From: Candidatus Eiseniibacteriota bacterium
Lineage (GTDB): Bacteria; Eisenbacteria; RBG-16-71-46; SZUA-252
DNA length: 64,000 nucleotides
Assembly: GCA_963724515.1 (NCBI GenBank)
Contig: CAVRUU010000003.1
Location: 386,724-450,723 of the forward strand
Direction of reading: 5' to 3'
Part shown: positions 1 through 9,040 of the stretch, piece after piece
How positions within the stretch are numbered: position 1 is the stretch's first letter
Layout: each line of letters begins with the position of its first letter
Translations under genes and position numbers: made by a program
Notes under the pieces: generated by a model
What the model saw: the letters and a program-made list of their open reading frames with translations, nothing else
What the model was told of the DNA's origin: nothing
The model's database searches: none

Positions 1-698
1 TCCCACGTGAGATCGCGGATCGCGCCGAACACGGCCGCGGGAGCGCGGAACGGCACGTGGAGGACGGTCTTCGCTTTCCTGCCGCGGAACACCGGTTCGA
101 GCGCCGCCGTCACGAGCGGGCCCTCCGAGGCGGCAGCGCGGCCGAGCCACGGCTCCTCGAAGTGGATCCACTTAGCGCCGGCCTCCTCGAGCGCCGAGGC
201 CTCCCGGGCAAGCGCCTCACCCACCGCGCGGAGCGAATCGAGTGGATTGCGGTAATGGCGGTCGCGGGAGAAACGGTAGAGGGAATAAGGACCGGGGAGC
301 ACCGCCTTGAGGGGCCGGTGCGCCATCCCCTGAGCGCTCCGGAAATCCTCCACGGTAACCGGGCGGGTCCAGGAGACGGGACCGGTGATCTCGGGCTGGC
401 GGTAATACGTGTTCGTGTCGAGGTAGCGGATCAGCCCCGCGATCGTGAATCCCGAAAGCCCGCGCGCGAAATAGGTCTGCTCGTCGTCCCAGGCCACCTG
501 CCCGTCCACGGGAATGTCGACGCCCGCGGACTCCTGGAGCGCGACGATCCGCCGGGTCGTCTCGCGGGTAGCCTCGGCGAGATCCTTCGCGGTCGCCTTT
601 CCTTGATCCATCCGATTCCGAATCACCCGGACGTTTGGCGCGCCCGGCTCGAGCGGGAGCTTGGGAAAGCTCCCGGACAGCGTCGTTTCGATCTTCAT
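1..698 (-). CDS. Cobalamin-independent methionine synthase-like methyltransferase (short MetE-like), N-terminal part; the gene runs off the left edge
   Basis: Absent from the ORF track because there is no stop in the window. Hand translation of the minus strand from the ATG at 696-698 gives MKIETTLSGSFPKLPLEPGAPNVRVIRNRMDQGKATAKDLAEATRETTRRIVALQESAGVDIPVDGQVAWDDEQTYF...WIHFEEPWL. This resembles short MetE-type enzymes. The ATG forms an ATGA overlap with the upstream stop at 695-697. Confidence 0.6.
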   Translation of the reverse strand, partial: MKIETTLSGSFPKLPLEPGAPNVRVIRNRMDQGKATAKDLAEATRETTRRIVALQESAGVDIPVDGQVAWDDEQTYFARGLSGFTIAGLIRYLDTNTYYRQPEITGPVSWTRPVTVEDFRSAQGMAHRPLKAVLPGPYSLYRFSRDRHYRNPLDSLRAVGEALAREASALEEAGAKWIHFEEPWLGRAAASEGPLVTAALEPVFRGRKAKTVLHVPFRAPAAVFGAIRDLTW

Positions 699-1021
699 GC
701 ACAGGCCTCGCAGGGACAGATCCGTCTCAGGTATTCGAAGCTGTAGATTCCGGTGGTGTGGCCTTCGCTGAATGAAAAATGGAGCGCGTAGTTCCCGACC
801 GTTCGCGCTGCCTCGATCGAGACCTCGGGGGCGATGTGCTCCTCGAAGATGAGCCTCTTCCCCGTGGTCTCGCTCACGCACTGGGCGCAGGGGCAGCGTC
901 CCCTGAGGTAGCGCGCGCCGAAGGTGCTCGCGTGCCCGTCCGCCCAGCGGATCACGATCCCCTCGCCGCCCTTCTTTCGGATCTCCGCGGGGGTGGCCCG
1001 CTCTTCGGGGGTGGTGAGCAT
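695..1021 (-). CDS. DUF971 family protein (gamma-butyrobetaine hydroxylase-like N-terminal domain)
   Basis: Track ORF 695..1111, trimmed to internal Met 31 (MLTTPEERATPAEIRKK...). It has the CPCAQC...CPCEAC cysteine pairs typical of DUF971. This start lies 1 nt after the mrp stop, and DUF971 commonly follows mrp/apbC. Confidence 0.75.
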   Translation of the reverse strand: MLTTPEERATPAEIRKKGGEGIVIRWADGHASTFGARYLRGRCPCAQCVSETTGKRLIFEEHIAPEVSIEAARTVGNYALHFSFSEGHTTGIYSFEYLRRICPCEACA

Positions 1022-1022
1022 G

Positions 1023-2102
1023 CTACTCCTCGATGATCCTGAGTGGAATGCTGCGGAACGCCTGGATGCTGATCTGCTGGGCCAGCTTTCCCGTAACCTC
1101 GCCCAACGCACGCGCCGAGACCGACTCGGGCTCGGCGAGCACGACGGGCATTCCGCTGTCGCTGTGCTTCCGGATCGCGGGGTCGAGCGGGATCTCGCCG
1201 AGGAAGGCGATCCCCAGCGTCTCCGACGCCTTCCGGGCGCCCCCGTGCCCGAAGATCTCGTCGCGCCCCCCGCAGTGCGGACAGATGTAGTAGCTCATGT
1301 TCTCGACGATGCCGAGCACCGGCACCTTGGTCTGCTGGAACATCCGTAACGTCTTCATGGAGATCTGGAGTCCGACGTCCTGGGGCGTGGAGACGATCAC
1401 AGCCCCGGTCACGGGCACCGTCTGGACGAGGGTCAGGTGCACGTCCCCCGTTCCGGGAGGCAGATCCACGACCAGGTAGTCCAGCTCCCCCCAGTTCACG
1501 CCGAGCAGGCTCTGCTGAAGCGCCTTGTGTGCCATCGGGCCGCGCCAGATGAGCGGCATCTCGCCGCTCAGGTATCCCATCGACATGAGCTTGACCCCGT
1601 GCGCCACGACCGGCTGGATGACCTGGTCTTTGACTTCGGGCTCGTTCGGGGAGCGCATCATGATGGGGATGCTCGGCCCGTAGATGTCGGCGTCGAGGAG
1701 CCCCACGTTGGCGCCGCTCCGAGCCAGCGACGCCGCGATGTTCGAAGCCACGGTCGATTTGCCGACGCCCCCCTTGCCGCTCCCCACCGCGATGATGTTC
1801 TTCACGCCGCGGATGCGGTTCGTCTCCAGGGCGGGCGGCCGGCGCACTTCGGCGGTCATGTTCACGCGAACGTCCCGGACGCCCGGAACTCCGGACAGGA
1901 CCGCCTGGCGGGACTGCTCCCTCAGGCGCTCTTTCACCGGGCAGGCCGGCGTGGTGAGATTCACGTCGAAAGACACGTCCGCCCCCTCGATCCGCATGTT
2001 GCGGATGAAGTTGAGCGATACGATGTCCTTGCCCAGATCAGGATCCATCACCGAGCGCAAGGCGTCCAACACTCTTGACTCCGACACGACCACTTCCGTC
2101 AT
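1023..2102 (-). CDS. mrp: Mrp/ApbC/NBP35-type Fe-S cluster carrier ATPase
   Basis: 359 aa. N-terminal DUF59-like region, deviant Walker A GKGGVGKST, and CPHC motif (YYICPHCGG). Confidence 0.93.
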   Translation of the reverse strand: MTEVVVSESRVLDALRSVMDPDLGKDIVSLNFIRNMRIEGADVSFDVNLTTPACPVKERLREQSRQAVLSGVPGVRDVRVNMTAEVRRPPALETNRIRGVKNIIAVGSGKGGVGKSTVASNIAASLARSGANVGLLDADIYGPSIPIMMRSPNEPEVKDQVIQPVVAHGVKLMSMGYLSGEMPLIWRGPMAHKALQQSLLGVNWGELDYLVVDLPPGTGDVHLTLVQTVPVTGAVIVSTPQDVGLQISMKTLRMFQQTKVPVLGIVENMSYYICPHCGGRDEIFGHGGARKASETLGIAFLGEIPLDPAIRKHSDSGMPVVLAEPESVSARALGEVTGKLAQQISIQAFRSIPLRIIEE

Positions 2103-2338
2103 CTAAAGCTCCATGGGGTGGGTCGAGAACGAACGACCCTTGTAGGGCGCAAGATCATAGCAGCCTAGAGCCTCAATCGGAATGAGAATAGGCACCTTAC
2201 CTCCCCTTACGATGCCTCGTGAGGGGGGCTGGATGCCCATTGGATGGGAAACCGTCGTGTGTTACCGTAACCGGCTGGTGTTCGGCGCTTTCGCGGAACT
2301 GAAACGCGATGGCGCCAGGGACTGCTCTGGGAGGATGC

Positions 2339-3304
2339 ATGCCGGTATCGAACGATGAGCTGAAGGGACTGTACTACTACCTAAACCTCGTCCGCACAGC
2401 CGACGAGCGCTGCCGCCGGCTCTTCAAGCAGGGCCGCTTCCACGGAACCTACTTCAGCGCCGTCGGGCAGGAAGCCACCGTTGTGGGCGCCTGCTACGGC
2501 CTCCGGCCGGAAGATACGATCGGTATCCAGCATCGCGAGCTGGGCGCGGTCATCACGAAGGGGATGCCGCTCAAGTACATCATCGCGGAGCTCTTCGCGC
2601 GCAAGGACAGCCCGGATCGCGGAAAGTCCCATCCGTGCCACTACGGCTGGAAGCCGCTGAGCATCATCACGCCGGCGTCCACGATCGCGGCTCAGACCGT
2701 GATCGCCACCGGCTGCGCGCTCGCCTACAAGATCCAGAAGAAAGACCACGTGGCGGTGTGCTTCGTCGGCGAAGGGGCCACGTCGAACGGCGTCTGGCAC
2801 GAGGCCCTGAACTTCGCGGCCATCCACAAGCTGAACTGCGTGTTCGTGGTCCAGAACAATCTCTGGGCGGAGTCGGTGCCCGCGGTGCTGGGCGTCCCGG
2901 TGGAGGACGTCTCGGAGCGCGCGAAAGCCTACGGATTCCCCGGAGTCACCATCGACGGAAACGACCTCTTCGCGACCTACGAGACGTCGCAGGAGGCGAT
3001 CCGCCGCGCGCGCCGGGGCGAGGGCCCGACCCTGATCGAGATGAAGACCTACCGCTGGTACGGCCACTCCGAGATCGATCCCGCCAACTACCGGACCAAG
3101 GAAGAGCTCGAGTACTGGAAGAAGCGTGATCCGATCCCGCGGTTCGAGAAAATTCTGATGGAGCGCGGCGTCATCGACGAGCCATACAAGCAGGCGACGC
3201 TCCAGCGGATCGAGCGGGAGATCGAGGAGGCCATCGATTTCGCGGAGAAGAGCCCGCATCCGGAGCCGCACGAGATCCTGGAGGACGTGTACGCCCCGCT
3301 CTGA
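2339..3304 (+). CDS. 2-oxoacid (pyruvate/acetoin/branched-chain) dehydrogenase E1 alpha subunit, TPP-dependent
   Basis: Track ORF 2309..3304. I prefer Met 11 at 2339 because GGAGG lies just upstream. Motifs include GQEA, VCFVGEGATSNG and YRWYGHSEIDP. Confidence 0.88.
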   Translation: MPVSNDELKGLYYYLNLVRTADERCRRLFKQGRFHGTYFSAVGQEATVVGACYGLRPEDTIGIQHRELGAVITKGMPLKYIIAELFARKDSPDRGKSHPCHYGWKPLSIITPASTIAAQTVIATGCALAYKIQKKDHVAVCFVGEGATSNGVWHEALNFAAIHKLNCVFVVQNNLWAESVPAVLGVPVEDVSERAKAYGFPGVTIDGNDLFATYETSQEAIRRARRGEGPTLIEMKTYRWYGHSEIDPANYRTKEELEYWKKRDPIPRFEKILMERGVIDEPYKQATLQRIEREIEEAIDFAEKSPHPEPHEILEDVYAPL

Positions 3305-3338
3305 TGAGCCGCGGGGCAAGAGCCCCCGGGAGACGCGG

Positions 3339-3803
3339 GTGGAGATGGTCGAGCTCGTCCTGCCGAACGACGCGAACACGATGGGGAACGTGCTCGGCGG
3401 AAGGGTGCTTCACTGGATCGATCTGGCGGCCGCCATCGTGGCGCACCGCCATTGCCGCACCGAGGCCGTGACGGCGTCGATGGACGAGGTCTCGTTCCTG
3501 GCGCCGATACGCGTCGGGCAGCTGGCCTTGATCGCCGCCCGCATGACCTACGTCGGCCGGAGCTCGATGGAGATCCGGGTCGACGTCCAGAGCGAGGATC
3601 TGATGTCGGGAGAGCGCCGGCAGACGAGCACCGCATATCTCACGTTCGTGGCGGTCGACAAGGGCGGCCTTCCCACGACGGTGCCGCCGCTCCTGTACGA
3701 AACCGAAGATGAGAAGCGCGAGGCGCGCGCCGCCGAAGCGCGGCGTGCGAAGAGGCTTCAGGGCCGGCTTCTCGAGACACCAAGGGAGATCAAGCAGCGA
3801 TGA
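3339..3803 (+). CDS. Acyl-CoA thioesterase, hotdog fold (YciA/Acot-like)
   Basis: 154 aa. ELVLPNDANTMGNVLGGRVLHWIDLAAAIVA is typical of YciA-type thioesterases. GTG start. The stop overlaps the E1 beta ATG (ATGA). Confidence 0.85.
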   Translation: MEMVELVLPNDANTMGNVLGGRVLHWIDLAAAIVAHRHCRTEAVTASMDEVSFLAPIRVGQLALIAARMTYVGRSSMEIRVDVQSEDLMSGERRQTSTAYLTFVAVDKGGLPTTVPPLLYETEDEKREARAAEARRAKRLQGRLLETPREIKQR

Positions 3804-4831
3804 AGATGGACGTGGCGCAATCCGCTCCGGGGGCCATTGCCTCCGACGTGAAGACGATGACGTACATCGAGGCCATCACCGAGGGTCTCAGGGAGGAAAT
3901 GGAGCGCGACGAGCGCATCTTCCTGATCGGCGAGGACATCGCGGCCTACGGCGGCGTGTTCAAGGCGACGAGGGGGCTCTACGAGAAATTCGGGGCGATG
4001 CGGGTGATCGACAGCCCGATCTCCGAGAACTTCCTCGTCCAGGGCGCCGTCGGCGCCGCGATCGCCGGCCTGATCCCGTCGCCGGAGATCCAGTTCGACG
4101 ACTTCATCTCGCTCGCGGTGGACGGGATCGTGGAGCACGCCGCCAAGATGCGCTACCGCTCGGGCGGAATGTTCTCCTGCCCCATGGTAATCCGGTGTTG
4201 CTACGGCGCGGCCGTGGGCGGGGGGCTCTTCCACTCGCAGGCGAATCAAGCATGGTTCATGCACTGCCCGGGGCTCGTCGTGGTCACGCCCGCGACGCCT
4301 TACGACGCGAAAGGGCTCTTGAAATCCGCGTTCCGCGGGCAGAACCCCGTGCTCTACTACGAGCACAAGCGTCTCTACCGCACGATCAAGGGTCCGGTCC
4401 CGACGCACGACTACACGGTGCCGCTCGGCAAGGCGGCCGTCGTGCGCGAGGGGAAGCACGCCACCGTGATCTCCTACGCCCTCATGCTGCACCGCTCGCT
4501 CGAGGCCGCCGAGAAGCTCGCGGCGGAGGGGATCGACGTGGAGGTGATCGACCTGCGCACACTTCTTCCCTACGACAAGGAGACGATCCTGAACTCCGTG
4601 GAGAAGACGGCGCGCGCGGTCGTGGTCTACGAAAGCTCGAAGACGATGGGCGTGGGCGCCGAGATCGGCGCGATGATCGCCGAGGACGGATTCTCGTTCC
4701 TCGACGCACCGGTGAGGCGTGTCTCGCCGCCGGACGCGCCGCAAGAGCCGTTCGCTCCAACGCTCGCGGAGGCTTATCTCCCCGACGCGAACCGGATCGC
4801 CCAGGCGATCCGCGAAACGGTCGCTTACTAG
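3800..4831 (+). CDS. 2-oxoacid dehydrogenase E1 beta subunit (transketolase-like)
   Basis: 343 aa. MTYIEAITEGLREEMERDERIFLIGEDIA...GGVFKAT and a C-terminal transketolase domain. Confidence 0.92.
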   Translation: MKMDVAQSAPGAIASDVKTMTYIEAITEGLREEMERDERIFLIGEDIAAYGGVFKATRGLYEKFGAMRVIDSPISENFLVQGAVGAAIAGLIPSPEIQFDDFISLAVDGIVEHAAKMRYRSGGMFSCPMVIRCCYGAAVGGGLFHSQANQAWFMHCPGLVVVTPATPYDAKGLLKSAFRGQNPVLYYEHKRLYRTIKGPVPTHDYTVPLGKAAVVREGKHATVISYALMLHRSLEAAEKLAAEGIDVEVIDLRTLLPYDKETILNSVEKTARAVVVYESSKTMGVGAEIGAMIAEDGFSFLDAPVRRVSPPDAPQEPFAPTLAEAYLPDANRIAQAIRETVAY

Positions 4832-4864
4832 CCCGGTTACCCGGGGCCTGAGCCGGAGGAAGGG

Positions 4865-6214
4865 ATGCCCGTCACCATCGTAGTGCCGCAGCTGGGCGAG
4901 AGCGTCGTCGAGGGGACGGTCGGCAAGTGGCTCAAGAAGGAAGGCGAGCCGATCGCCAAAGACGAGCCGATCGTCGAGATCATCACCGACAAGATCAATA
5001 TCGAGCTGCCCGCCCCAGCCGCGGGAACGCTCGGAAAGATCACGGTGCCCGAGGGGACGGTCGCTCAGGTGGGACAGCAGCTGGGCGTGATCTTGCAGAA
5101 GGGCGAGTCGTTGCCCGCGGGCGGCTCGGGCGCGCAGGCTTCGGCCGGCGCTGCTCCGGCGCCTCCGGCCGGCGGTTCCGGCGCGGGCGCGGGCGCCCCC
5201 TCGCGCGAGCCGGCCCCGGCGCGCTCGGGCGCGGCGGTCGCCGAGGCGCCCTACGGCGACGATCAGCGCGTCTCTCCGGCGGTCCGGAAACTGGTGAAGG
5301 AGCACAACGTCGACCTGTCCGGCATTCGGGGCAGCGGCACGGGCGGCCGCGTGACGCGCGAGGACGTGCTGAACGCGATCGAGGCCGGCAAGGTCGCGGC
5401 ATCCGCCGGAGCGCGTGCGCCGGCGGCGCAGCAAGGGAGGGCTCCCGCGACGGCGACGGCGCAGCCCACCAAGCCCATCATGGCGCCCGCCTTCACGGCC
5501 CCCGGATCGCGCGAGGAAGAGGTCGTGCAGGCGACCAACGTCAGGAAGAAGATCGCCGAGAACATGCTTCGCTCCCGGCACGCGGCGGCGCACTGCGCCA
5601 CCTGGGACGATGTGGACATGACAGGGCTCGTCACGCTCCGGTCCCGGGTCAAGGACCGGGTGAAGGAGACGTACGGCGTCAACCTCACGTACATGCCGTT
5701 CATCGTGAAGGCGGTCGTGCGCGCGCTCCGAGAGTTCCCGGTCCTGAACGCGTCCATGACCGAGGGCGGCGAGATCCACTTCAAGAAGTACTACAACATC
5801 GGCATCGCGGTGCACCGCGACTCGGGGCTCATCGTGCCGGTCCTGCACGACGCCGACCGGAAGACCCTCCTCCAGATCGCGAAGGAGATCGAGGACCTGG
5901 GCAGCCGCGCGCGCGCCGACAAGCTCCAGCTGAGCGACATCCAGGGCGGGACCTTCACGATCACGAACGCGGGGATGTTCGGCGCGACCGCTTCGACGCC
6001 GATCATCAACCACCCCGAAGTCGGCGTCCTCGGCGTCCATCTCATCCAGGAGCGCCCGGTCGTGCGGGATCACAGGATCGTCATTCGACACATGGTGACG
6101 CTCGTCCTGAGCTTCGATCACCGGCTCGTGGACGGGACCCCGGCGGTCCAGTTCCTCCACCGCGTGAAGGAGCTGCTGGAAGACCCAGAGAGCTGGCTCC
6201 TCGATTCCATCTGA
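4865..6214 (+). CDS. Dihydrolipoamide acyltransferase E2 component
   Basis: 449 aa. N-terminal lipoyl domain (EIITDKINIELPAP), Ala/Pro-rich linker, E3-binding domain (SPAVRKLVKEHNVDL), and catalytic DHRLVDG. Confidence 0.93.
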   Translation: MPVTIVVPQLGESVVEGTVGKWLKKEGEPIAKDEPIVEIITDKINIELPAPAAGTLGKITVPEGTVAQVGQQLGVILQKGESLPAGGSGAQASAGAAPAPPAGGSGAGAGAPSREPAPARSGAAVAEAPYGDDQRVSPAVRKLVKEHNVDLSGIRGSGTGGRVTREDVLNAIEAGKVAASAGARAPAAQQGRAPATATAQPTKPIMAPAFTAPGSREEEVVQATNVRKKIAENMLRSRHAAAHCATWDDVDMTGLVTLRSRVKDRVKETYGVNLTYMPFIVKAVVRALREFPVLNASMTEGGEIHFKKYYNIGIAVHRDSGLIVPVLHDADRKTLLQIAKEIEDLGSRARADKLQLSDIQGGTFTITNAGMFGATASTPIINHPEVGVLGVHLIQERPVVRDHRIVIRHMVTLVLSFDHRLVDGTPAVQFLHRVKELLEDPESWLLDSI

Positions 6215-6221
6215 GGTACGC

Positions 6222-6932
6222 ATGACCTCGCCGATCGCGGCGTACGACCTGGGTCGGATCCCCTACCGGGAAGCGCTCGAGTTCCAGCGCCGCGCCGTCT
6301 CCGCGCGGTCCGCCGACGCGTGCGGGGACGCGATCTACTTCGTCGAGCACGAACCGGTCCTGACCTTCGGCCGCGCGGGCCGCGTGGAGAGCCTCAAGGC
6401 CTCCGAGTCGTGGCTCAGCACTCGCGGCATCGAGGTGGTTCCGGTCGAGCGGGGCGGCGACGTCACCTACCATGGCCCCGGCCAGATCGTCGCGTATCCG
6501 ATACTGGCATTGACCGGCCTTCCCTCGGGGCGCGACCTCCACCGATATCTGCGCGATCTCGAGGAAGTGCTGATCCAGGCGCTTTCCTCATACGGGATCG
6601 GCGCCGTGAGAAGGCCGCCTCACACGGGCGTGTGGGTGGGCGACCGCAAGGTGGCGGCGATCGGGGTCGCGGTCCGGCGCTGGATCACCTTCCATGGATT
6701 CGCCCTCAACGTAGATCCGGATCTCGGCCATTTCGAATGGATCCACCCCTGCGGCATCCGGGAGCTGGGCGTCACGTCGATTCGCGCCCTCCTCGGGAAT
6801 GCGCCTCCGCGGGCGGAAGTCCTCGCGCGCCTGCGCGAGAGCTTCGCCCGTGTGTGGGGCCGGCCCGTGGCGGAGACGCCGTGGCTCCCGGGCCCCGCGG
6901 AATTCCGCTCCCCGGAGACGCTCCATGCCTGA
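6222..6932 (+). CDS. lipB: Octanoyltransferase LipB
   Basis: 236 aa. RGGDVTYHGPGQIV, KVAAIGV and the PCG motif typical of LipB. Confidence 0.9.
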   Translation: MTSPIAAYDLGRIPYREALEFQRRAVSARSADACGDAIYFVEHEPVLTFGRAGRVESLKASESWLSTRGIEVVPVERGGDVTYHGPGQIVAYPILALTGLPSGRDLHRYLRDLEEVLIQALSSYGIGAVRRPPHTGVWVGDRKVAAIGVAVRRWITFHGFALNVDPDLGHFEWIHPCGIRELGVTSIRALLGNAPPRAEVLARLRESFARVWGRPVAETPWLPGPAEFRSPETLHA

Positions 6933-8337
6933 CGTGACCGTGAAGCCCAAGACCCGGATCGAGCGCGATTCGCTGGGCACGCTCGAGGTGCCCGCCGACG
7001 CCTACTACGGCGTCCAGACGGCGCGCGCGGTGGCGAACTTCCCCATCAGCGGCGAGCGGCTCCACGTCGAGATGGTGCGCGCCGTTGCCCGCATCAAGAT
7101 CGCGGCCGCGCGCGCCAACATGGAAGTCGGGGCCCTGGATCGCAAGAAGGGCGAGGCGATCGTCCAGGCGGCCGAGGAGGTCCTGGCCGGCAAACACGAC
7201 CAGGATTTCGTGATCGATGCATACCAGGCCGGCGCCGGGACCTCGTTTCATATGAACGCGAACGAGGTGATCGCGAACCGGGCCTGCGAGCTGCTGGGCG
7301 GGAAGCGCGGCGACCAGACCCTGGTCAGCTCGAACGACCACGTGAACATGGCGCAGTCCACGAACGACGTGATCCCGACAGCGATACGCCTCGCGGCGCA
7401 CGCGCTGAGCGGCCCCGTCCTGGACGAGATGAAGTCCCTCGCCCGCTCCCTCGGAGGGCGCGCGAAAGCGTTCTCGCTCGTGCTGAAATCGGGGCGCACC
7501 CACCTGCAGGACGCGGTGCCGATCACGCTGGGACAGGAGTTCTCCGGTTACGAGGACTGCGTCACCGGATGGGTGTCATCACTGGCTCGGAGCCGGGACG
7601 GGCTCCTGGAGCTGGGGCTCGGCGGGAATGCCGTGGGCACGGGCATCAACGCCCACCCCGAGTATCGCGCGCGGGCGGTGAAACATCTCGCCGCCCTCAC
7701 CGGGGTACCCTACTCCCCCGCGGAGAATCTCTTCGGGGCCATGCAGAGCATGGCTCCCTTCGTCCGCCTCTCGTCCGATCTCCGGGGATTCGCCCTGGAC
7801 CTGACCCGGATCGCGAATGACCTCAGGCTCCTCGCGAGCGGCCCGACGACGGGGTTCTACGAGATCCTGCTCCCCACCGTTCAGCCCGGCTCCTCGATCA
7901 TGCCCGGCAAGGTGAACCCGGTCATGCTCGAGATGACGAACATGGTCTGCTTCCAGGTGATCGGCTACGACACGACGGTGGCCTACGCATCGCAGGCGGG
8001 GCAGCTCGAGCTCAACGTGATGATGCCGGTCATCGCGCACGACCTGACGCGGGCGCTCGCCATCCTGGCCCCGACGCTTCGCGTGCTGCGCGAGAAGTGC
8101 ATCGACGGGATCACGGCCAACGAGGACGTGTGTCGCCGGAATTTCGAACGCTCCGTAGCACTCGCGACGGCGCTCAACCCCTATATCGGCTATCTCGCGG
8201 CCGCGGAGGTCGCGAAGGAAGCGGTCCGGACGGGAAAGACCGTCGTGGAGCTGGTGCGGGAGAAGAAGCTGCTCACCGAGGAGCAGATCGCGAAGGTGTT
8301 CTCGCCGGAGGGGATGACCCACCCGGGCGGGGCTTGA
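6925..8337 (+). CDS. aspA: Aspartate ammonia-lyase (class II fumarase/aspartase superfamily)
   Basis: Track ORF 6799..8337, trimmed to Met 43 (MPDVTVKPKTRIERDSLGTLEVPADAYYG). Signature GSSIMPGKVNPV. DAYQAGAGTS and KVNPV look more aspartase-like than FumC-like. Overlaps lipB by 8 nt. Confidence 0.82.
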   Translation: MPDVTVKPKTRIERDSLGTLEVPADAYYGVQTARAVANFPISGERLHVEMVRAVARIKIAAARANMEVGALDRKKGEAIVQAAEEVLAGKHDQDFVIDAYQAGAGTSFHMNANEVIANRACELLGGKRGDQTLVSSNDHVNMAQSTNDVIPTAIRLAAHALSGPVLDEMKSLARSLGGRAKAFSLVLKSGRTHLQDAVPITLGQEFSGYEDCVTGWVSSLARSRDGLLELGLGGNAVGTGINAHPEYRARAVKHLAALTGVPYSPAENLFGAMQSMAPFVRLSSDLRGFALDLTRIANDLRLLASGPTTGFYEILLPTVQPGSSIMPGKVNPVMLEMTNMVCFQVIGYDTTVAYASQAGQLELNVMMPVIAHDLTRALAILAPTLRVLREKCIDGITANEDVCRRNFERSVALATALNPYIGYLAAAEVAKEAVRTGKTVVELVREKKLLTEEQIAKVFSPEGMTHPGGA

Positions 8338-8349
8338 ACTCCGCGACCT

Positions 8350-8952
8350 CTAGCGGTCCGCTTTCGGCCAACCCCATCCCAGGATGAGCCCGAACGTCCC
8401 GCCTCCGGCGTTCGCGTCGACTCCGGCGATACTCACTTTCGCCGAGGTGCCGCGCAGGGACATCCCGAGATTGAATCGGGAGCCAAGCCGCCAGAAGATT
8501 CCGCCGCCGATCCATGCTCCCACCCCCGAATCGTCGTTCTTCGTCGTCACTCCTGCCGTCGTCACTTCCGCCGTCCCGCTGGCGAACGCAAGGCCGCCTC
8601 CGATGTACGGATGAACGCGCCCCTGGGTACCGCTGTTCCAGACCTTCCGCACACCCAGACCCATCTCGCCGGTGCTCGACTTGTAGTCGGATCCCCCCTG
8701 AGACTTGCTCTTCCTGGATCCGAGGAGATCGGTGGCGATCATCACGGGCCAATTCGGTCCCCCCCAGCTCGCCTCCATCCCCAACGCCGGTTGATTGTCG
8801 GCGGGAGCCCAGTCCGCTTCCTCGAGAACCTTGCTGCCGAGGAGAAAGTTCACATGTCCCGCCTGCGCGCTGGACGGTGCCGAGGCGATCGCCAGGAGCG
8901 AGCACGCGAGGAGGGAGAACGGGAGCGACACGCGGATCCCATGGTTCATCAT
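8350..8952 (-). CDS. Small outer-membrane beta-barrel protein (OmpA-like/OMP_b-brl type) with signal peptide
   Basis: Track ORF 8350..8967. I prefer Met 6, with GGAGGG 7 nt upstream. Signal peptide ...LLAIASAPSSAQA, alternating Gly/aromatic beta-strand pattern, and a C-terminal aromatic-rich strand. Confidence 0.7.
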   Translation of the reverse strand: MMNHGIRVSLPFSLLACSLLAIASAPSSAQAGHVNFLLGSKVLEEADWAPADNQPALGMEASWGGPNWPVMIATDLLGSRKSKSQGGSDYKSSTGEMGLGVRKVWNSGTQGRVHPYIGGGLAFASGTAEVTTAGVTTKNDDSGVGAWIGGGIFWRLGSRFNLGMSLRGTSAKVSIAGVDANAGGGTFGLILGWGWPKADR

Positions 8953-8985
8953 GGCGAAACCCTCCATGGTCAGGTGATGCGAGTC

Positions 8986-9011
8986 GGGGGGCCGCCTGAA
9001 GGCGTCCCCCC
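8986..9011 (-). terminator. GC-rich hairpin between the two OMP genes (candidate terminator/attenuator)
   Basis: GGGGGGCCGCC-TGAA-GGCGTCCCCCC: an 11-bp stem with one mismatch and a 4-nt loop, directly after the stop of the upstream OMP gene. No clear U-tract. Coordinates are hand-indexed. Confidence 0.35.
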
Positions 9012-9040
9012 GCTCGTTACTTCGAGAAAGAAACCGAGAA

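Noticed and set aside
2103-2338. Possible ncRNA or riboswitch in the 236-bp spacer between mrp and the E1alpha gene
   Set aside because: It contains only short hairpins (GGGTCG-8 nt-CGACCC; CCCCT...AGGGG) and nothing resembling a known RNA family. It is most simply a divergent promoter region.
3758-6223. 821-aa minus-strand ORF antisense to the E1beta and E2 genes
   Set aside because: Its composition is the Arg/Ala/Gly/Pro-rich pattern typical of shadow frames in GC-rich DNA. It has no recognisable motifs, and it lies fully opposite two genes with strong family signatures.
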